In this document: positions 52,684 through 62,927 of the stretch, one piece after another
Layout: the number at the start of each line of letters is the position of its first letter
How positions within the stretch are numbered: position 1 is the stretch's first letter
Origin: Chiloscyllium plagiosum
Taxonomy: Eukaryota
DNA length: 62,927 bases
NCBI RefSeq assembly: GCF_004010195.1
Contig: NC_057719.1
Span: 34,310,158-34,373,084, forward strand
Direction: 5' to 3'
The notes under the pieces: generated by a model
Databases searched by the model: none
Told to the model about the DNA's origin: nothing
Seen by the model: only the letters and a program-made list of their open reading frames with translations
Made by a program: the position numbers and the translations under genes

Positions 52684-54328
52684 ACTTTAAGTGAGTGGGC
52701 AAAGGTCTGGCAAGTGGAATACAATGTTAATAAATGTGAAGTCATTCATTTTGGTAGGAGTAACAATTATAAGGAATATTACTTGAACGGTAAAAAGTTG
52801 CAGCATGCTGCTGTGTGGGGGGACCTGGGTGTCCTTGTGCATGAATCACAGAAGGTTGGTCTGCAGGTACAACAAATAACTAGGAAGGCAAATGGAATTT
52901 AGTCCTTCATTGCTAAAGGGGTTGAGTTTAAAAGCAGAGAGGTTATATCACAGCCAAATAGGGTGCTGGTGAGGCCACACCTGGAGTACTGTGTGCGGTT
53001 TTAGCCTCCTTACTTGAGAAAGGATGTACTAGCACAAGAGAGGGTGCAAAGAAGATTCACTAGGTTGATTCCGGAGGTGAGGGGGTTGGCTTATGAGGAG
53101 AGGCTGAGTAGACTGGGATTATTATAGAGTGGAATTGAGAAGAATGAGGGGGTATCTTCTAAAAACGTATCAAATTATGAAGGGAATAGATAAGATAGAA
53201 GTAAAGAGGATGTTTCTACAGGTGGGGTGAAATTAGGGCAAGAGGGCATAGCCTCAGAATTAGGGGGTGCAGATTTAGGACTGAATTGAGAAGGAACTTC
53301 TTCACCCATAGGATTGTAAATCTGTGGAATTCCCTGCCAAGTGAAGTGGTTGACGCTACTTCAGTAAACGTTTTTAAAGCTAAGACAGATTTTTTTTAAC
53401 AATAAAGGAGTTAAGGGATACAGTACGAGCACGGCTAAGTGGAGCTGAGTCCACAAAAAGATCATCCGTGATCAAATGGAATGATAGAGCAGGCTCGAAG
53501 GGCCAGATGGCCAACTCCTGCTCCTAGATCTTATGTTCTTATGTTCTAAATCATGATACTTTGATTCTGGTTTGTATTGACAGTTGCTTATTAAAATGTA
53601 CAATGCATGGGTTACATTGTAGTATTTTCATCGGTTCTTTACAGTACAAAAGGATTTTATGCAATACAGCAATAATGTTCTTCCAACTCAGTTAAATGAG
53701 TGGAATCAGTATTACCTATGTTGAATCAATGGAGATAAATAATATGTGTAAGAGCTCCCTCTACAGCCTTGCAGGGTTATAATTTTTCATGTATCTTGGT
53801 ATTTTGTAATCAACCTGTACAGAGATGTTATAACACGCAAATGGAGCGGATGGGGCTTGAACCCGGAACTTAGTTTCTAACTTAATCCTTCAGGTAATCA
53901 TTGTTTGCTACTATGTTATTTTCCAGCAATGAATCTTGGCACTCCAGACTATCCTTATACCCTTTAATGAGCATTTATTATGGACAGCTGGGGATCTTGT
54001 AGCACAGTCGGTCATGCCCCTATCTCTGATCTAGACGTTTTGATTGGATTCCCACTCCAAGACTTAACAGCGTGGAATATGTATGCATGATGTGGCCATT
54101 AAGTATCAACCTGAAACTCACTTCAATACAGGATATGGCAGGTGCTAGGAATGGGAGAGTCTCCAGTAAACCATGCTTGATACAGATTGATCTTTGAATT
54201 TTCTCAGTAATTCATCAATTGAATCCTTTCAATTTCTCCCTCAGTTTCACTATTAAAATGTATTTCAACAAATGAGAAATGACATTCTTTGTGACCCAAA
54301 AAGGTAAGCTATCCTTCCTTATCTTTAT

Positions 54329-54603
54329 GGGTGGCATGGTAGCACAGTGGTTAGCACTGCTGCCTCACAGTGCCAGAGACCTGGGTTCAATTCCTTCCTC
54401 AGGCGACTGACTGTATGGAGTTTGCATATTCTCCCCGTATCTGCGTGGGTTTCCTCCCACAGTCCAAAAATGTGCAGGTCAGGTGAATTGGCCATGCTAG
54501 ATTGCCTGTAGTGTTAGGTGCATGGGTAAATGTAGGGGATTGGGTCTGGGTTGGTGTGGACTTGTTGGGCCAAAGGGCCCGTTTCCACACTGTAAGTAAT
54601 CTA
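54329..54603 (+). mobile_element. HE1-like V-SINE
   Basis: A/B boxes and core; TSD atcttt (54321-54326 / 54604-54609). Confidence 0.9.
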
Positions 54604-54904
54604 ATCTTTCTAACTGCCATTTTTCACACAGATGACTACACCATCTTCCTCCAGAGCCTCCCTGCCACATCCATCTGGCTAGCACACACCCCGTTCTATT
54701 CTATAAATATGACTAGTCAGTCATTATGCCCCCATTGCATTACTTCTGGGATTCTCAAGTTTTTAACTTTGATTGTCTCCTATTTCCTGTTTACCATCCT
54801 ATCCCATGGCTCCATCTTTTGAAAATACAGCATCAGTTCCATGTGTACAACCACATCTTTATCCCAACCTCATCTCTCAGCTCTAATTCAGATTACTCAC
54901 CATA

Positions 54905-55251
54905 GGGTGACATGGTGGCTCAGTGGTTAGCATTGCTGCCTTATAGCACCAGGGACTCAGGTTTGATTCCATCCTTGGGCAACTGTCTGTATGGAGTCTG
55001 CACATTCTCCTTGGTTTTGTGTGGGGTTCTGCTGGGTGCTCTGGTTTCTTCCCACAGTCCAAAGATGTGTAGGTCATGTGGATTGGCCATGCTAAATTGC
55101 CCCATGGGGTGCAAGTTTGATGCATTAGCCATGGTAAATGCAGGGTTACGGGAGTGGAGGGATTGAGTCTGCGCCGGATGCTCTTTGGAAGGTCAGTGAT
55201 AACTCGAAGGACTGATGGCCTCTTTCCACACTGTAGGGATTCAATGATTCT
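54905..55251 (+). mobile_element. HE1-like V-SINE (older variant)
   Basis: TGGCTCAGTGG A box, GGTTTGATTCC B-like box, core, tail ctgtagggattcaatgattct. Confidence 0.85.
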
Positions 55252-58200
55252 CCAGCTTTGAACAGAAACCTGCAACATAGATCTATCTTCTTTTTAGGCA
55301 ATCCTACTGGAGCGAAGATGAGTTGCTTTTACTTTAGTTGGGATAGCTGCTAAGTCCAATATGTGATCAATGCTATACTCTTGTGGTGCACTGTTCCAGG
55401 AAAGTCTAGCCAGAGAAACAAATATAATCATGTGATTTGCCTACATATGCACCATCAAAATACAGGAAAGCTCTCAAGTCCAAAGTAGTTATGGGTGATC
55501 AGCATACATATAAATGCAGTCTACTAACCATTATAACTGTTTAGGTCTGTTCCTTTGTTAAGGGGTTTAAGTCAATACCTTGTTAAAACCTAACACCTGT
55601 AGACAATTAATATTCAAGTCATACTCAAGCCATGGAGAACACTTGTGGCGTAATGCTACTGCCCCTAACCCTAGACCAAGAGACCTGGGTTCAAATCCAG
55701 AGGTGTGTGATTGTACCTCTGGACAGATTGACTGAAAATACCTCCTACTAGGGGAACAGTGGGAGAGCTGAGCGATGGGGTGAGGATATAGAAGTGGTTG
55801 CACATATAGAACTGATGCTGTATGCTCAGAAGATTATGCCATGGGACAGGATGTAAGCAAGAAGTAGGAGACAACCAAAATTAAAGACTTGAGAATACCA
55901 AAAGGAATATCATGGGGGCATGATGACTGGATAGTCATAGTTATAGAATGGAAAAGGTGAGTGTGGCAGGGAGGCTCTGGAGGAAGATGGCGTAGTCAGT
56001 TGTGTGAAAGATAGCGGTCAGAAAGATAAGGAAGGATAGCTTACTTTTCTGAATCACAAAGGATGTCATTTCTCACTTGGCAAGAAACATTTTAATACTG
56101 CAGCTGAGGGAGAAATTGAAAGGATTCAAACATAATGTTCTGAGAAAGTTGGGAACTGGTGTAGAAGTGGTTCAAGGACTGTGACTGGAAATTGATTTTG
56201 GAGATGGGCAATAGATAGCAAGGAAGGAGGGACAAAGCATAAAAAGCATAAAAGAATTAGAAATATTGAATCACTCAAGGACAAACAGCAAGATGTCAAG
56301 TATAGATATTTTGAACTAGTTTTTACAAATTACATACCTATGATTGTTTTAAGCTTAAAAAAAAGAAAAGATGGTATAGATAATTGTGAAACAGTAATTG
56401 ATTTGCTAAGAAAAGTATAGAACTTCTGGTCAATAAATCTCATTGATGGCACATAGCATCAGTGTTGAAAGAAATCAAAGATGGGATAGAAAAGGTTTGG
56501 TCACATTTTTTAAAAAGCCCTCCTTAGAAATGCATTGTGCAACAGTTAATACCTCTGTTCAAGAAGAGGGAATGAGATCAAATAGTGAAGATGGACCAGT
56601 TAGTCTAACATTGCTGTAGCCAAACTTGCAGGGACATAAATTCATCTAAGTTTATTCAGTAATGGATTAGCTGTAATTTACAACTCAGCATAAAACTCAA
56701 TCCCATGATGAAATTTCACCTCAAGAATCAATATTTCACAATCAATTAAGAAGTATTTAGAAATACATGCATTAATTGAGGAACTCTAACTTAGCATTGT
56801 GAAAGGCAAATTGTGTTTCGTAATCTAATGAAGTTTTTTGAGGATATGACATTTGGATGATGAATGAAGTGCAGAAAACATTATTTACGCAGGTTCTTTG
56901 AAACCTGCGTGGCACATTGGGGATTTGTTACAAACCAAATCAGATTTAAGAGAACATGCAGCAGCATGGATAAATGTGGATGGACATATAACTAATAGAC
57001 ATTCTTTAATGTTGGTTATTGTTTGAATCACTGTGATGAACCATAGGATTAGTGCTGGGTCCACTGTTATTCCCAATATGCAGAGATTATTTAGAAATGT
57101 GGAACACAGCTTGGAATGAATTGATGACATAAAGTGAAGGGATTTGGAAAAGGTGAAAAGGTGGATGAAAGATTTCAGGAGAGCACCAACAGGTTTTTGG
57201 AGTGGACAGAAAGGGGAAGGAACAGGAGTATACTTTCAATGAAAAGCAACTAATGGGTACTCAGAGGAAAACACAGTAAAAACGGTAAGTGGCATACAAT
57301 GGTTCTGACTCACATTCCTCAAAATAGAGCTCCTATCTGACAGTACTTTCATTTCCAGGTTTTACAGCATTGCTAATGAATTTTTCCTCTGTGTTTGGAG
57401 GGAATTGAGATCCTCAAGGAGTTCATATACATGTTTCCTAGAAAATTTAAAAAAACAAATAAAGCATACTGGGTTTAATAAACAACATAGAGTGCCAAGG
57501 TTAAAAGAAAAGATATATTTGAATACAGCAGCAATTTGACTACAGTCACTGCAATTTTAAGCATTTTATTACAGAATAAACATATAAGTATTGCAATGTA
57601 CATATGCAAATAATCAAGACGACTGATTTATTTACACAGTACAGTAAGAGGAAATTTTGTGTATATTTTTAAAATTATGAATGGTGTTGATAAAGTGAAT
57701 AAGTCAAGATTGTTCACTTTGCTCAAAATTATTCAGAATGAATCTAAGTGTCACTAAGAAGGAAAAGACAGACATGAAGGAAATTTTAGGCAAAGGGTTT
57801 TTGGAACTTATGATGTCATCCAAGTATTTAACGCAAGACCATTGCAATTTTAAAGCGAAAAAAAATTGCATAAGAATTTGCAGCTGAGGAAAATGAAAGG
57901 CTACAGGAACAGATCAGCATGATGAAATAAAGTTAGATTGTTTCTGCAAAGTGCTAGCAGAGACACAGAGGGCTGCATCGTCTCTCCCTTTGCTGTAAAC
58001 TGATATGGTTTTGAGAGTGAGTATAGATTTTCTGTATCTTTTGGGTTATCTAACTGATGTAAGTTGAAATTAATTGAGTTTACTTTCAGCTGTTTTAAAG
58101 TAAGATAATGATTAAATTTTAAGTAGAGCAGAAGCATATAGCTCAAAGGGACAAAATGGTAAACTCAGAAACTATCTGGCACAGCAATATAAATTTCTAG

Positions 58201-60249
58201 AGCTGACTGAGTATTTAACAGTTTCTGATTCTTACTAAAATTTGAAGGAACGCACAATCATTATTCATAACTAAAGAATTCCACCTTTTGCATTTGAATT
58301 CTGGGTTTTATTGAGAATTCTAACAATACATGGTATATGTGCATAATTCATGATTTTGCCACTGCAAGTTTTGATCAATGCTGTTTTCAGTCTATCCATT
58401 CAATTATGCAATTGTCTGAGGCTCATTGTTAAGCAGTGCATGAATAATTATTGCTGTTCTTTGTTGTTCAAGGAGATAGTCTTTATTATTGTGCCAAGTA
58501 CATTCTACATCACAAATAAAATCTTGCATGACTCATGATTTTCATCCATCTTTCACTGTAAAAAAACCATAAGCTGGCTTCCAAACACAATTAAGATTAT
58601 GCCAAGTCAAAATTTTGTGACTTGATGTTCAATGGCATTACCATCATTGAATCCCATCCTAGAGATTACCATTGATCAAAAACTGATCTGGATCAGCTAT
58701 ATAAATACTGTGCTGCAACTGCAGGTCATACTCTCAGAATATTTCAGTGAATATGCTTAATGTCTCCTCAATGCCTACCTGCCATCCACAAGGCACAAGT
58801 CAGGGGTATCATGGCATTTTTTTCCCATTTGTTTGGCTGGGCGCAGCTCCAACAAAATTCAAGAAACCTAACAATATCCAGGAAAAACATTCCACATGAT
58901 TGGCAACCCATCCAGGAGCCTTCAATATTCACTCCTTCCTCTGATAATGTGTAGCAGCAGCAATGAATACTATCCACCAGAAACTCTGTTGTAACTCACC
59001 CAGGCTTCTTCTATAGTATTTTTCAACCCACCTAGAAAGTAGGGCAGCAGATATATGAGAACACCTTCACCTGAAAGTTATCCTCAAAACCACACACCAT
59101 CCTCACTCAGAGCTATATCATTGCTCCTTCACTGTCACTGGGTCAAAATCCTTTCTAAAACACTACAAATGTTTCTATACCCCTGGAACTGCAGCGCTTC
59201 AAGTGGGCAACTCACCAGCACCTTCTCAAGGACAATTAGGTATGAGCAATATATTTTGATCAAGTCAGCAATACCAACTTCCCATAAGTAAATTGAAGAA
59301 AAAAATTCTTTTATTAAGAGCATCAAAATCTACTCATTAATAGTGAATCCATTTGAACTTTGTAAATGAGAAAAGGTGACAGCCTGGTGCCTAATCCTGA
59401 GCACCATCATTTGAGAAGAATGCAAAAGCATGAGATAGATGCAAGAAGGATTTTATGGGAATAATTCCAGTGATGAGAAACTTCAGTTACAAGGAAATAT
59501 TGAAGAAAATAGGGCTGCTCTTCTCAGACAAGAGAAGGCTGAGGAATGATTTGATAGAGTTGATCAAAGTCATGAATGATTTGGAAGACTAAATAGAAAG
59601 AAACTCCATTTTTATGGAAAATCCAAGAACAGAATTGTTACTAGAGGCATATTCCCATTCATAACTTTAAAACACAAGTTATAATCAGCTTGGAATATTC
59701 TAGAGCTCAGTTTCTTTTAAAACAGACACTGAAAGGCTACTAGGAGTTGAATGGTCTCAAGTCTTGGGCAAGTTACTTATCTGACAATAGGTGTGGTGTC
59801 TCACCTTGAATAAATATACTAGGATGAAACTTACCTCTGGAATTCACGCTTTCAATTGATTGTTTTATCCAAAACTCAAAATAAATGGACTTTTAGCGTC
59901 CCTGTATCCATGTTCAAAACTTAATAATGAGTGCTACATAAAATTTAGTCAAATTATTCGTAAGTGTTCACAAAGCAATTGCTTCTAACTTTAAATCGTT
60001 TGAGGTGGACAATCAAAATATTGATCATATGACTAAAACTGATTACAGATAACAAACCTTGTTACCTTAAGGATGAGAGAAACCAGGCAACCTATGAACA
60101 CCAACTACAGTGACAACAACAGCAGAAAGGGTCAAAACACATTTCAATAATCTAAGTCTCCATGCTTATTCCTATTCAAGTCCACTAGCCCAGAAAGCTG
60201 ATTGTAACTTAGAAACACAGAAAATAGTAGGCCATTTGTCTCTTCAAGC

Positions 60250-61298
60250 CTGCTCAACCATTCAATGTGGTCACACCCTGCTCAACCATTCAATATGGTC
60301 ATCCCCTGCTCAACCATTCAATATGGTCATCCCCTGCTCAATCACTCAATATGGTCATCTCCTGCTCAACCATTCAATGTGGTCACACCCTGCTCAACCA
60401 TTCAATATGGTCATCCCCTGCACAACCATTCAATATGGTCATCCCCTGCTCAACCATTCAATATGATCACACTCTGCTCAACCATTCAATATGGTCATCC
60501 CCTGCTCAACCATTCAATATGGTTATCCGCTGCTCAACCATTCAATATGGTCATCCCCTGCACAACCATTCAATATGGTCATCCCCTGCTCAACCATTCA
60601 ATATGGTCACACCCTGCTCAACCATTCAATATGGTCATCCCCTGCGCAACCATTCAATATGGTCATCCCCTGCTCAACCATTCAATATGATCACACCCTG
60701 CTCAACCATTCAATATGGTCATCCCCTGCTCAACCATTCAATATGGTCATCCCCTGCTCAACCATTCAATATGATAACACCCTGCTCAACCATTCAATAT
60801 GGTCATCCCCTGCACAACCATTCAATATGATAACACCCTGCTCAACCATTCAATATGGTCATCCCCTGCACAACCATTCAATATGGTTATCTGCTGCTCA
60901 ACCATTCAATATGATAACACCCTGCTCAACCATTCAATATGGTCATCCCCTGCTCAACCATTCAATATGATAACACCCTGCTCAACCATTCAATATGGTC
61001 ATCCCCTGCTCAACCATTCAATATGGTCATCCCCTGCTCAATCACTCAATATGGTCATCTCCTGCTCAACCATTCAATGTGGTCACACCCTGCTCAACCA
61101 TTCAATATGATCACACCCTGCTCAACCATTCAATATGGTTATCCGCTGCACAACCATTCAATATGGTCATCCCCTGCTCAACCATTCAACATGGTCATCA
61201 CCTGCTCAATCATTCAGTATGGTCATACCCTCCCAACCATTCAATATGGTCATACCCTGCTCAGCCACTGAATATGATCATACCCTGATCAGCCATTC
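60250..61298. repeat. 28-bp minisatellite, about 37 copies
   Basis: Unit TGCTCAACCATTCAATATGGTCATCCCC; degenerate units resume at about 61620-61695 after a SINE. Confidence 0.97.
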
Positions 61299-61301
61299 GA
61301 C

Positions 61302-61619
61302 TAGATTCCCTACAGTATGGAAACAGGTTGTTTAGCTCAACAAGCCCATACTGACCCTCTGAAGAGTAACACACCCAGACCCATTCCCCTACCTTACATT
61401 TACCCCTGACTAATGCACCTAACACTATGGGCAATTTGGCATGGCCAATTCACCTGAACTGCACATCTTTGGATTGTGGGAGGAAACCGGAGCACCTGAA
61501 GGAAACCCACACAAACATGGGGAGAATGTGCAAACTCCACACAGACAGTCGCCCAAGGCTGGAGTCAAACCTGGGTCCCTGGCACTGTGAGGTATCAGTG
61601 CTAACCACTGAGCCACCGT
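61302..61619 (-). mobile_element. HE1-like V-SINE inserted in the minisatellite end
   Basis: Reverse complement of SINE head (ggtggctcagtggttagcac) and core. Confidence 0.9.
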
Positions 61620-62070
61620 TCAATATAATCATATATATCGCCCGTTCAATATAATCATACCCTGCTCCGTTATTTAATATGACCATACCCTATTCCTGCA
61701 TTTTCCAGTAATAAGATGACATGTGAGCAACAATTTAAAGACCTTTTTGAAGGAATCTTGTAACAGTCCTGATGTTAAACTCCAGCTAATGAATCCACAC
61801 AGACTATCCTTCAGGTCTTGCCACTCCTGCTTGTTCACAAAGACAAGCCAAATCATGTGACTTACAAAATGTCTTTTGCTTCTAATTTGTAAATGTGCAC
61901 TATCCTTTGAGTGTGTGTATGACTGGTGAGTAAATGAGTAACATATCATTCCATTTTCAGAGTGAGTGTACTTATAAATAATCCTCTTTCAACCAAACAT
62001 TCAGCTTGACCACACTCAATAGTTAAGAACACAGCCATTTTCCTTTCCAAAAGCACACTGATTGTGAACA

Positions 62071-62276
62071 TGATTTGGAGATGCCAGTGTTGGACTGGGG
62101 TGCACAAACTTAAAAAATCCACAACACCAGGTTATAGTCCAACAGGTTTAATTGGAAGCACTAGCTGTCGGAGCGCTGCTCCTTCATCACCTGATGAAGG
62201 AGCAATGCTTCAAAAGCGAGTGCTTCCAATTAAACCTGTTGGACTATAACCTGGTGTTGTGTGACTTTTAACTTTA
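62071..62276. mobile_element. Palindromic Penelope-like element (third family) with degenerate hammerhead halves
   Basis: Arms of about 84 bp (62106-62189 / 62192-62275); cacCTGATGAaggagcaatgcttcAAAAgcgagtg; TSD att(g/t)tgaaca (62061-62070 / 62277-62286). Confidence 0.85.
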
Positions 62277-62318
62277 ATTTTGAACAGTAAAGGAAAAACC
62301 AGAGCTTTAGATCTCATT

Positions 62319-62927
62319 GAGTCATAGAGATGTACAGCATGGAAACAGACCCTTCGGTCCAACCCATCCATGCCGACCAGATATCCAAACCCAATCTAGT
62401 CCCACCTACCAGCACCCAGCCCATATCCCTCCAAACCCTTCCTATTCATATACCGATCCAATTGCCTCTTAAATGTTGCAATTGTACCAGCCTCCACCAC
62501 TTCCTCTGGCAGCTCATTCCACACAAATACCACCCTCTGCGTCAAAATGTTGCCCCTTAGGTCTCTTTTATATCTTTCCTTTCTCACCCCAAACCTATGC
62601 CCTCTTGTTCTGTTCTCCCCGACCCCAGGGAAAAGACTTTGCCTATTTACCCTATCCATGCCCCTCATAATTTTGTAAACCTCTATCAGGTCACCCTTCA
62701 GCCTCCGACACTCCAGGGAAAACAGCCCCAGCCTGTTCACTCTCTCCCAATAGCTCAAATTCTCCAACCCTGGCACATTCTTGTAAATCTTTTCTGAACC
62801 CTTTCGAGTTTCACAACATCTTTCCGACAGGAAGGAGACCAGAATTGCAAGCAATATTCCAACAGTGGCCTAACCAATGTCCTGTACAGCCGCAACGTGA
62901 CCTCCCAACTCCTGTACTCAATACTCT
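62319..62927 (-). mobile_element. CR1 LINE 3' part
   Basis: ORF 62396..62854 LGLFSLECRRLKGDLIEVYKIMRG...TQRVVFVWNELP; runs off the window. Confidence 0.92.

Larger units (their letters stand above)
51865..53547 (+). mobile_element. CR1 LINE RT and 3' UTR carrying two nested insertions
   Basis: [41 protein letters not shown]; tail cttatgttcttatgttct. Confidence 0.92.
54199..56150. repeat. Inverted repeat of a decayed L2-like RT fragment (arms 54199-54884 minus SINE, and 55764-56150)
   Basis: Blocks gaatcctttcaatttctccctcag, gtaagctatccttccttatcttt and ccatcttcctccagagcctccctgccaca occur as exact reverse complements, in colinear order. Confidence 0.88.

Noticed and set aside
60110..61335. Overlapping repetitive ORFs; CRISPR-like periodicity
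   Set aside because: Head-to-tail 28-bp units without unique spacers, derived from a LINE tail; no cas genes; eukaryotic context.

Overview
Repeat-dense eukaryotic genomic DNA. The repeat families (HE1-like V-SINEs with (TAATC)n tails, CR1/HER1-like LINEs, Penelope-like elements) point to an elasmobranch (shark); this assignment is an inference. I found no host protein-coding exon I can support. ORFs in the track are transposon fragments, tandem-repeat artefacts, N-gap artefacts or unrecognisable. Contents: many CR1/L2/RTE LINE fragments; one Tx1-like LINE with TSD; seven HE1-like SINEs; two solo LTRs with 5-bp TSDs; Gypsy gag and RT relics; a Tc1/mariner-type MITE; nine Penelope-like (PLE) insertions with 10-19 bp TSDs, several with minimal hammerhead-ribozyme motifs of three sequence families; a 35-bp G-rich satellite (~2.3 kb); a 28-bp minisatellite derived from a LINE 3' tail; and two assembly gaps. 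The most interesting signal not explained by repeats is a cluster of related pre-miRNA-like hairpins at 8.5-9.2 kb. Next are the hammerhead-bearing fold-back PLE insertions and an inverted duplication at 54.2-56.15 kb. Boundaries of decayed elements are approximate.
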